From positions 77,626,001-77,690,000 of the forward strand of contig NC_087436.1 of assembly GCF_036321535.1 (NCBI RefSeq): 64,000 nt of DNA, read 5' to 3'. This document shows, in pieces, positions 11,214-22,360 of the stretch. The DNA comes from Camelus dromedarius. Its lineage: Eukaryota. The notes beneath the pieces are model-generated. The model did no database searches, was not told the DNA's origin, and saw nothing but the letters and a program-made list of their open reading frames with translations. The position numbers and the translations under genes were made by a program. The number at the start of each line of letters is the position of its first letter. The first letter of the stretch is position 1.

Positions 11214-14200
11214 CCTGGCAAAGAACTCATGTGAATGCTTAATTCAATCATTAGTTTATTTTTATGGACTTTTTTTTTTTGCACTGCCAATGCATTTCAT
11301 GTCAAAAATTTTTTAATAGTCAGAAGAGAATGAGCAAAAAATATTCTGATGATTTCCACCAAGGAGAACTGGACTGTATTTGTTTCTGAATGTAGCTAAA
11401 AGGAAGATTTTAGTAAATATGGACATCTGTTTCTTTTTTTTTTTTAAATCACACAAGAAAAATAATCACTCAAACTGTTGTTAGAACTGTTGGAGAACAC
11501 ACTGATTTATTTTTGTAATGGGCTTTGAAAATAGATTGGAAAAAAAGACCAATAGCTTATCATTTATCTCTGCTCATAGAGAATAGAATAATTTCATATT
11601 TTAAAGTAGGCTTATTGCCTTAGATTCCTGAGCAGCTCAGCAAGTGCTAAATAATCCAATCCACTTTGATGTTTATCTTCAAATGTGTTGAGACTCTTGT
11701 TTGCCTGTGTTTTTCTCTGTGGGTCATGGTGGGAAGCGCTGAGTGGAGAGTGTGTGCTGAGTGTTGGTATATACACATGGGAGACATTGCCAGGGGCCTG
11801 TACCCTCTGTAGGAAGGCTTGCTTAACATGGTTTTCTATTCAATCTGCACAGGATTCTTTGGTTTTTTTCATTTCATGTTCTGGAAAGCACCATTCAATT
11901 ATGAGAACGTAACCAGAAAGGCTAGAGTGATCCAAGCTCATATGCAGAGAGTTACCATTTGGCCCAGCCATTTATTGGGAAATACCAACGTTTTCATTTC
12001 ATGGCCTCCCAGGAAAGGGAAGCAGCAACCCAACTTTCGAAAACCCAGATGTGCTTCCTCTTCTGTGCCTCTATTCCACAACTACTTTCAATTGTTCTTT
12101 TAAACTGAACTCAAAAATTCAATTAAACTTTTAATTTTCTTAATGTGCCTTTACTTGCTATAAAGTAATCATCAGATTCCAAGGCTCAGAAATGGATGGA
12201 TGATTAGAGATTAATCACAATCACATGTTCAGTATCACAAGTCCAGGCACTTTTTCACACGGATCAAGGCTTTTGGCTCAGCCATGAAATCTACACTTCA
12301 GCAAAGCTCACTGAAATTATCCAACAAGAAAGGGATTAAAACATAGATACTTCTTTGGTTCTTTTTCCCATTTCCATTTGTCATAAATATCTCCTCTTAC
12401 ACTGCTGCCCTTGAAAAATTGTGCCAAAAATTTTTCGCTCATTGAATTTGTGTGTGTGACCAAGACGTTTTCAGCCCCTGGGTTGCTGGTGTTCTGTCTA
12501 CAGTTCATCCTTTTCTCATCTCAGTCTGGCCAGACTACAGACAACTGAGCTGTTGCAGAGGCCGCGAAGTAGCAGAAGACATGGGGCTTTGTTCTGTTTC
12601 TGCCTTTAGTGATCAGTGGTGGGTTGTCATTTAAGAAATACTAATTGAGCATTTATTTTGTAAAAGACACATGTTAATTGTGTGTTTTTAGTGTCCTCAC
12701 GGGTAAAATGAAGAGGCTGACTCGTTGACCTGGAAGAAAGGTCCTTCTGCCACCCGAAGTCTGGGTTTAGCATACTGGCTAGGTCACACACCTCTTCTTG
12801 GACGGACGATAGCAGTAGGGTAAGAACTGTAAGCATCGCTGTCCATAAACCAAAGGTGAGACCATCCCACTCTTCAGTGTTTCTGAGTGAGTGTGGCCTG
12901 CTCTGTGGTTTAAGTAGTAGTGCTAGCTTATTGGAAACCCATTAAAAGAAGATCATGAAAAAAAAGTTCTTTAACACTTTGGGTCAAAGTGTGTGTTGAC
13001 TTCATGAATGAGACACACCTATTCTAAGTAATGAATTAAGTTCTGGTGCCTGAGTTACTATGGTTTCTTATAGTTCATTTTTTGTTGTTGTTCTGGTAGC
13101 ATAAAGTTAAAGATTCAAAATGAGATAAGGGATGAAATGATTTTTAATACATTTTATCAAAAATCTGAAAGCAAAATTATGTCATAGAAGTGAGCCAGTG
13201 TATGGCTGCCCTATCCTGGTCATAGCGCCTTTCAGTGAAGAAAATTTTTTTTCCATTGGCAGATTGCGTGAAATTCTTTATTTAGTTTTTTTTAGAGAGA
13301 TATCAACCAAAACCTCTAGTACTTCCCAGTAGTTCTTCTCAGCCTTCTTCTATCCAGATGTCTGTTTGTTACCTTTCTTAATTTGAATTGATGCCTGCTT
13401 GTTACAGATTAAATCCTACAGCAGCCAAAAAAACAAAAAACAAACAAACAAAAACCAACTTTGAATAATAAAAATTTCCAATTTTTTAACTAATTAAGAT
13501 TTCATCTTAAGTAGCAATTGATATGACAAGAGTCTAACACAGTGAAAGAGCTTAGATAGTCTCTTAGCATCCAAATCCTTTTTGACCAGTAGTTACTTGT
13601 CGGTGACCTTGTAACCATCATTTTGCTACTTCACTGGGGACATATTAAGGTATAAAGTTCAGTCTCAAAAAATAAAGGAAGATTATTTTTCAGTATTAAG
13701 GGTTGAAGTAAATGAGGTAATATTTTAATTAATAAAAATGTACACGGAACAGTTGGAAAATTGAGTGACTATTTTGCAATTTGTTGGGTACTAGTGTCTG
13801 TAATTACTACGTAAACTTTTTATAAATCTCCTAATATTAAAGCAGCATTAGTGAGAAAAGACATTATATTTATAATGCTACTTCCTAAGTCATGCTCTTT
13901 CTCTTCCCCTCTTCCAACCACCTTCCCGCCCCCATTCCTACATGTCACACACACACTCTCTCACACACACACACACTCGCATACACACACAGAATTAAGT
14001 CACTTAGAAAATGGATTTTTTTTCAATAACTCTTGAATTCAAATTCAGGGGCTGCTGATGTCAATATAGTATTTTCAAAGTATTTTGTCAGAACTTGTAT
14101 AAATAATATACAATTTATAGGATTTGAGGTTGTAAAATTTCAACTAGAAGAGCGGACTCCCCAGATCTCAGGACGACAATATCCCAGATCACATTTTACA

Positions 14201-15000
14201 TTCACCTGGCTATGTACTAACTGATGGTCATTTATTCATTAATGTAAGATTTTTTACCTTAATAGTTCTCAAAAACCTTTTTGCCCATTTATTATTTTCA
14301 TAGACAATCATATGTGTATAATATTATAATCAGTCTGGGTTAGAATAATTTTTATATAATTACATTATTCAGTTTAGTCTTTCTCCGTGCTAACACATAA
14401 GTAATGTCTGGATGTTGATTTGGTTGAATCAAGGTTGGGTTAGAAAATAGCTTTGCACACTTGATGTGTTAAGATGAAATATGAGATTAAACAAGATATC
14501 GTGGGTAAGTCTGAGTTCTCTGTATATCATTTTTCCCTTGAGAATTGTATTTTAATGTAGTCTATAGGTGCTTAAATGATCCCCTTTTCCTAAAAAAACC
14601 AAGCCTTCCCTTCAGCTTTCCACCTTCATTTCTGTAAATGTTTTAGTTGAGAACTGAATGCTTGTACAGTCAATGGCAATTTAAAAAATATATATATTAT
14701 ATATGTATATGGAAAAAATTTAAAGATGCTTTTAATTTATTTAATGACTGTTGCCTTCCTATAATGGTAATAATTTTCATCCTTAGATGATGAGAAAAAA
14801 TTCTTTTTACTATAGTTATTACATGCAAAATGACATTTGGTTCTTTAGTTCAGTTACTAAAGGGGCGTATTGCAGTGAAACTGTGAAAGACGCTTCACTA
14901 CTGACGTGTAAGCTTTGCTGGCTTTGTATCACTTTCCTCCAGTAATGGAGAGCTTTTCACTATACAGTATGGAAATAAAGTTGCTTAATTGAACACCTCC
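11214..15000 (+). other. BMP3: Probable long BMP3 3'UTR
   Basis: AT-rich, no obvious interspersed repeats, follows the stop codon and runs to AATAAA at 14974. ATTTATTTA (ARE-like) at 14735-14743. The end point is inferred. Confidence 0.6.
14974..14979 (+). terminator. Candidate BMP3 polyadenylation signal AATAAA
   Basis: ggaAATAAAgttgc followed by a pyrimidine-rich tract; a second AATAAA lies at 15085-15090. Confidence 0.55.
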
Positions 15001-16213
15001 CCTATTCTCTTCTACTTCTCATTGGGAAAGACTGCATTTTCAAAACTTGAAAAAGTTGAAATACTGCTGCATTTGAAAAGAGATAATAAAGCTTAGGCAC
15101 AGAGTGGAACGTTTTCACATGGTATCATGAATGAAGCATCATAACCTACCAACAACATAGCATGAAAGATAATTAACATCGTGGAACAATATTGAAATAT
15201 ACCCATAAGGGAAAAAGTCCTGTCTCCCAAACTTGAGAAACTCAACTTGAATTATTTCATATTTTCTTACTCTCTCTCTCTCTTTTAGCATTTCATGTTA
15301 AAACTCCACATCTCCTACTTGGAGATATTTTTTCTAGATGCTTGTATCACTATTTTGGCAATCATTTCATTTCATCTGTCTTTGTTACCATGTCCTGTCC
15401 ATATAAATCATATTGCCAAGCGCCTGAAGCAGACTAAGGACTTTGTTACTATCAATTATATTTTATCTAATCCAGTCTTCCCATTTGCCAAATAAGGAAA
15501 TGTAGACATGCTGTGGTTTACACCTATTCAGACACAACTCATAATGCCGTCCCCTGAAAACCGGCCCCCACCAGCAGAGATGGGTTCCTGGCACTAACAG
15601 AGATAGGCATCTGGCAGTTTAGCAAGAGAATGAATCTGGCACAGATAGAACACTGAGCCTCGCAGAGTAAGGAGAAACTGCCTTGTTCCCAAAGGTGTTC
15701 CAGTTTCCGCTCCTGTCTCTGCTAAACTGCGCTTCCTGTACTTGGATTACATGCGCTATCCCTGTGAACTCAATAATGAGCTCACTTGTGCTTGAGCAAG
15801 TTTGAGTCCATGTCTGTAAATTGCAACCAAAAGAATCTTGACTGTGATATACTGAACTGTTGAGTATGCCCAGAGCCACATGACGAACTATTGGAAAAAC
15901 TGGTACTGGAACCCTTCATAACGTCATGGAGAGAACATGGTCCCTGCTGTCAAAAAGACCTGCATTAGGATCTTGGTACCGCCAGTTACTGCTGGGGCAA
16001 TAGGTGTCCTTGAGGAATAATAACTGGGTCACCATATGATAAGGGTGGTCAGTTCTGTTGTAATTCGCTGACTCAGTTCTTATGCCAGAGGAATTGCCTT
16101 GAAATACCTCTTAGGATAAGACTTTATAGCTATTAGAAGTTATGCGGTGGACATTAGGGTTAAGAATAAGAACCTTGAATACAAATCCATATCATCCTAC
16201 AAATCATTTAGTA

Positions 16214-16685
16214 CAGGTATATCTTGGAGATGTTGTGGGGTCAATTCCAGACCATTGCAATAAACTAAATATAGCAATAAAGTGAGTCACACATTTTTTT
16301 CGGTGTTCCAGTGCATATAAAAGTTATATTTACACTATACTGTAGTCTATTAAGTAAGCACTAGCATTATTTCTAAAAACATGTACTGACCTTAATTTTT
16401 AAAACACTTTATTGCTAAAAAATTCTAAACATCTTCTGAGCCTTCAGCGAGTCAAAATCTTTTTGCAACAGTAACATCAAAGATCACTGATCGCAGATCA
16501 CCATAGCAAACATAATAGTGAAAAGCTTTGAAACATTGTGAGAATGACAACATGTGACACAGAGACACAGTGAGAAGATGCTGTTGGAAAAATGGTGCTG
16601 ACAGACTTTGTGATGCAGTGTTGCCACAAAATTTCAATTTGTGGAAAACACAGTATCTGCGAAGCACAGAAATGAGGTATGCCTG
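16214..16685 (-). mobile_element. Tigger1 internal-deletion MITE (Tigger1a_Art-like, TcMar)
   Basis: Ends CAGGTATATCTTG... and ...GAGGTATGCCTG form imperfect terminal inverted repeats; TA on both flanks; both subterminal regions resemble Tigger1. Confidence 0.88.
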
Positions 16686-17904
16686 TACTACTGAACAGTC
16701 TTCACCTTGTACAAAATCTTATCTTACTTAGGGGAGATGTGCTTGATGATACAGAGCAATAATATCTCAGTTGTCCACAGTCTCAGAACTGGAGATTAGG
16801 CATCTGGAGCTATTATCAAATGATTACCAGCAAGTAATGCTAAAACATTATCACAGTGGAAAAAACCACAGTGTCACAGGGTTATACATTTAGATCCACA
16901 ACACACAAAATTTAAGAATCCACAAGTCTTCTTGCTCTTTTGTTCACACACACACACACACAGAGGATGTCCTCAAGGTATGAGTTTTTACATTTAATTT
17001 GAGTTATAATACTCATTTTTTAAGTTGCATTTGCTGTAACCCCAGATTGTAGCCCTGACTTTACTAAGCTCTGGGCTTACTTGCTTTGCTATGTTCCTTA
17101 AACTGCTGGGGGCCTTAATTTTCTCTTAAACGGTCTTTAAAATCCCTTCCTCTCAAGTATACCAGATTGTATGATCCAAACATCCTTCCTAAATTACAAC
17201 TCATAAGTATTTTTGTCCTGATCATGCCTTAGGTAAAAACAACAACAAAAATAATGATGAAAGGGAGAGTGGGAAGCACATGACAAAGGACGAGGAAAGT
17301 GGTCAAACTTCCCTCAGCTTAGTCATCAGAGATTCTCCCTCATGTCTATCACGTGGGGTGTTTTTGAGACTCCTCTACTGCTCATACCTGTATCTAACTT
17401 CAAGCATTCATTCTCTCATTTTAATAGGAAAAATAATTTTTAAAAAAACTAGATTCACCTGTCATTAATTAGAGAGTATAGCATGAGAATTAGGTACTGG
17501 GGCTTGGAGCCAGACTATTTGCATTACAATACCAACTCTGTCTCTTATGACCTTAGGCAAGCTATTAACCTTCTCTGGGCTTCCATGTCCTCATGTGTAA
17601 AACAAGAACAAAACACAGAACCTACTTTACAGAGTTGTGAGGATTACTTGAGTTATTACACATGAAACACTTATAAATGTTTACAGCACATAGTAAATGT
17701 TCTAGAACATTAGCTTTTCGATTTATTAAATGCATTTTATACATTTCCATGAATGAGTCTTCATTTCATCCTGAGAGGTAAGGTCTCAGGTATTATCCTC
17801 AATTTTATTGATCAAGGAGAATAACTGGTTTAACAGAGGTCAGAGCCATGGTAGTGTCAGAGTTGAGATTCAAGTAGTGGTAGACTCACCCTAATTGTCC
17901 TGTC

Positions 17905-18227
17905 TTTTTTTTTTTTTTAATTGAAGTATAGTCAGTTTACAATGTTGTGTCAATTTCTGGCACACAGCATAATGTTTCAGTCACACAAACATACATTCCT
18001 TTTCATTACAGGTTACTACTATATTGAATATAGTTCTCTGTACTATACAGTATGGACTTGTTTATCTATTTTATATATAGTAGTTAGTATCTGCAAATCT
18101 CAAATTCCTAATTCTGCACCCCCCCACCCTGTAATCACTCATATGTGGAATCTAAAAAAAAGACAAGACACAAATGAACTTATTTACAAAACAGAGACTC
18201 ACAGACATAAAAAACAAACCTATGGTT
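17905..18227 (-). mobile_element. Short LINE-1 3' end with a 5' inversion
   Basis: Poly-T plus antisense L1 3'UTR to about 18136, then sense-strand L1 sequence 18137-18227 that is homologous to the reverse complement of 7500-7595. Confidence 0.85.
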
Positions 18228-18627
18228 GTCCTTTTTCACTTTGCTTCAGATGTTTCTACTTCAAAAGAGCCGTCAATGTATGTATTCCCTCAGAATTCTG
18301 AGAAATTTGGGGAAAATAACCAAAGGCACAGGACAAGGAGCAAAAAAATCAGTTTTAATAATGGCAGCTTTCGATCAGTATTTGGATCCGAGGTCTTTCC
18401 CCCTGAGCTGAGTTTCCCTGCCCAACACCAAGTGGTGCAGAGACAGTCCTGTGAGCTGAGGTCCTGGAAGAGAGAAAAATGTGTGTTTTGAATAGATAAT
18501 TCTGAAAAGGGGTTCATCAAAAGAAGGCTGACCTGTGTACTTTCAGCTTCCATTTCTTCACATTATCAATCTGATCAGTTGTTCCCTTTAAAAAGAAAAG
18601 CTGGAGACAGTAGCTAAAATGTTGCTC

Positions 18628-19256
18628 TGTTGGTGTTACAGCTCAGTTGTGACAGCAACCTGGATCTTGGCGAGAGAAGAGTTGGAGAACTCAGGTTTAT
18701 TTCGCCAGTGGACCCAGAGGAGTTAACACTGCAAGCTCTGGACCCTGTCGGTAGGTTTACACAGGTCTTTATAGGTTGCCAGTTTTACACTTTGCAATAT
18801 CATATGCAAATAAAGTAGAACAGAAGTTGACAACTAGGAACAAGCTTTGTAGAAATAGACCAATCAGGAGTGAGAGAATAACCAATCAGGAGTGAGGGGA
18901 ATGGACCAATTAGGAGTGAGAGAAATAACCAATCAGGAGTGAGCTCCATGCAAATGAAGTACTATAAAAGGACCAATCAGAAGTTAGGGAAGTGGACCAA
19001 TCAGAAGTGAGAGTAATAACCTTCATGAGTGAAGGAAATAACCAATCAGAAGTGAGATTAATAACCTTCATGAGTGAAGGAAATAACCAATCAGAAGTGA
19101 GCTCAGGGAACCAACAGAATTTTAGGGCTAAGTAAGCCATTTCAGAGGCGAAAAGTGAGATAGAGCCTCTGGGCCAGGGAACGGGGTGGTGCTGGCAGGA
19201 GAGTAGTGACCCTGCTTGGGGGCCCTGCAGGTCTTTTTATGGGGCTTCCTGCCTCA
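18628..19256 (-). mobile_element. Solo ERV LTR (class I / ERV1-type) with tandem CCAAT repeats
   Basis: TG...CA termini, 4-bp TSD GCTC (18624-18627, 19257-19260). On the minus strand a U3 repeat array, then TATAAA (18768-18773), then AATAAA (18696-18701). Confidence 0.85.
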
Positions 19257-20174
19257 GCTCCAACACCCCGTCACAGAGCGTGCACCAGAGCCACATTCCC
19301 TGCGTGCGGGACCAGAGTTGGGTATGTCTGAGAGCCTTTTCCTCCAATCCCTGCTACGCTGTCATGTGGAAATTCGGCCCTCCCCTACATCCCAGTCAGC
19401 TCAGAGGGCGCGAAAGAGCACAAGTGACTATAATCTTCAGTCTTAACATGTCCCCCCTGAGAAATAGGGACCAACTGGTGAATGGCCAGTTCTGACTCTC
19501 ACCACGAGGATCCGTGCTCCTCTTCCCCTGGGGAAGCCATGAGAAGCACCTTCACCCCAGGACCTGTCCTCCACTGCCATTCCCTCTTGGCAGGTGAGGT
19601 AGAAGTAGAGCCCTGTTTATGGAAAGATGAGGAATGGGGAAAGCGACTCCTCTAACAGAAACTGTGATATGAACTGTCTTCTGTCACTTTTTAAATTATA
19701 GTGAACATTCATTACCAACCTCAAAGGAGCAAATATGACATACAGTAATCATTGCCAGTAGGTGTTGGGTTTTGCTTTTCAGAGTTCCCCTACCCGGATT
19801 ATTATGCCTGTTTTCTCCAGGCCCACCAGAGGATGTGGAAAGAAAACCCTTCTTTGATTTGCGTCAAGCCCAAGGTTATCTGGGTCTTTGATCTGTAGCC
19901 AGTAGGGAGAGAGACATCTATTCTGTGAGTCAGCTGGAGGTCGCTGACAATTAACAAGGTTAGAATAAGAAGTGTCCTCCTCCTTTCATCCTTAATGCTG
20001 TCAATTTTCTTTCATTTGTGACAACATGGTTTTCATCTTGTCCTCATTTCCATCTGGGGCATTGAAACACTGCTGTGAGGGCAATCAGAAATCCAGTCCT
20101 AGGAACAGTTGAATTGGAGAGTAGCAGGTGATTTTATTCACCTGTATTCCCTTCGTCCCAGCCTCATACCCAGT

Positions 20175-20213
20175 GTCTGTCTGTCTGTCTGTCTCTCTGT
20201 CTTTCTCTCCCTC

Positions 20214-20266
<53 letters not shown>
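20175..20266. repeat. Compound microsatellite (CTGT)n-(CT)n-(CA)24
   Basis: Perfect CA run 20219-20266 preceded by gtct and ct repeats. Confidence 0.95.
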
Positions 20267-20271
<5 letters not shown>

Positions 20272-21324
20272 TAGCTCCACTGCAGTGTCATTGAAGTGAG
20301 GAGGGAGGTATGGTTATATTCCAATCCATGGACTCAGAATACAAGCCAACTACATTTTCAGACTCAAAACACAGGCAAACTGCCATCAGGTTACAGTCAA
20401 AACCAACCCCCACCTCATAGGGGTTCAGGCCAGATGTGAATGCAGCAGTTCAGAGGTGAGGCAATTATGTGTAAGAACCATGTGACAGAGCTTTTCCCAA
20501 AATGGACTAATCTAAGAGAAAATTTTGGTTTTTATAGGACTTCAGCCCTGCTTTCTGGAGGTTTTCCATCACTATAAACACTGATATACATACATATGGA
20601 CATGCACAGACTTTTAAAATTGGGTCAAGCCTATGTAATTTCATTAACTCATCTTACTCGTTAGAAATGGGAGAAATTAATGACACAATACCCAAATTTT
20701 GACAGTTGAAAAGGTCACAGAGACAAATGCTGTATGGAAGCTGGAGACCATATTCTGGTGTCAATAATATGAATTGGGAAACTTGGAGCTGTTAGTAATG
20801 TTTGGATGATTTTATAATGCAGAGGTAGACGGATTGCCTGGTGAGGGAACTTGCATCTTCGAGTTGCATGAACCCTTCGGGGCTGTGATTTCTACTGCCT
20901 TTGATCTGAAGCTCAATTTGTAACACTTCCAAGGGACACCAGCATGTCGCAAAGAGAAGTTTAAGGTTTGATAGGTTGGGCTGAGAGCACTTTGAAGCTG
21001 CCCGTTGCTTCTAATATCAGCAGTTCCCATTTCCTCCAGCAGGGTGGTTTCGGAGTTGTTTTAAAATTCTATCCCACTCCAACCAGTTGCAAAATTAAGA
21101 TCTAGAACTCACCATGAAGATGAGATATTTCTTTCTTGTAGAAGGCAGACTCCTCTACTGCACCTGCTTTGAACGACCTAGTAGACACCTAAGGAAAGAC
21201 CCTGTGGTTTGAGAACAAGGCAGAAATCACCTAAACATGAGTATATTGATTTTAATTAAAACGTTATTTTTTTTCCAGCCCAACTTTATGTTCCATTGCA
21301 TAAGATTTTGTATCAATTGACTTT

Positions 21325-21565
21325 TGTGTGTGTATGTATATATATATTACATATATGTGTGTATATATATATATTTTATTGAAGTATAGTCAGTTTACAA
21401 TCTTGTGTCAATTTCTGGTGTACAGCATAATGCTTTAGTCATACATAAACATACATATATTCATTTTCACATTCTTTTTCACCATAAGTTACTATAAGAT
21501 ATTGAATATAGTTCCCTGTGCTATATGGTACAAATTTGTTGTTTGTTATATTTTATTTATATTTT
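21325..21565 (-). mobile_element. Short L1 3' end whose tail has decayed into a TA/TG microsatellite
   Basis: ttttattgaagtatagtcagtttacaatcttgtgtcaatttctggtgtacagcat, same family as 7231-7430. Confidence 0.85.
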
Positions 21566-22164
21566 AAAAATCTTAAAGAATCTTTGACTTTGTTATTATT
21601 CTTTCTCAGGTCTCTTGCAGCTCTCTGAAATAAAATCTGAATTTGTAAGAAATCTCAAAAGCCCCAAGAATGGTTATACAGATGATAGCCTACAAATCTG
21701 AATTAGTATACCAAAAAAAGTGGAAAATGAAATGATTGAATCTATACATTAAATATTTCCTTATTGAAAGGATTTCCTTTTAAGTTTATTGAATTTATGG
21801 GAAAATGACGGAGTCAAGTCCTGGACATTTATGACAGAAGAAAAATAATTATTTTGATTATAAAGCCTCTTACTCAAAAAAAGAAAACAAACTAGCCTGT
21901 TTTGAACCACTGGGAATTTGAAGAGTGTTACATGGCCTGTGATAGAGACAAGAGGCCCTGAGCACTGGTTTATTCATGCACCGATATCAACAGTAGTGGC
22001 TGAAAGCGGAGAGGCCCTAGATAAGAGGTTCTTCTGTAGTTTGAGTGACAGGCAACTTGAGTTTTAGTTTTGGCCCAGATTTTAAAGGTCTAGCGTCTAA
22101 TAAAACTGATAAACATTTAGAAAGATTCCCGCAGTGGACCAAAGGCGTAGGGAGCTTGAATCTA

Positions 22165-22360
22165 AGGCTGCATGTACACAGCAGTCACTAGCCATATGTG
22201 GCTATTCCACTTCAAGTTAATCAAAATTGAATAACATTAAAGATTCAGTTCCTCAGTCCAACAAACCACATTTCAAACACCTAACAGCCACATGTGATTA
22301 GTGGCTACTTCATTGAACAGCACAGATATACAACATCATCATCACAGAAAGTCCTCTTGG
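22165..22360. mobile_element. MER3-like hAT-Charlie MITE
   Basis: cactagccatatgtggcta...ttcagttcctcagtc...ccacatttcaa...agccacatgtgattagtggctac. Confidence 0.75.

Noticed and set aside
18855..19105. Repeat-spacer-like array (ACCAATCAGRAGTGAG units) resembling a CRISPR array
   Set aside because: The spacers are short and themselves repeated, there are no cas genes, the context is mammalian, and the array lies inside an LTR U3.
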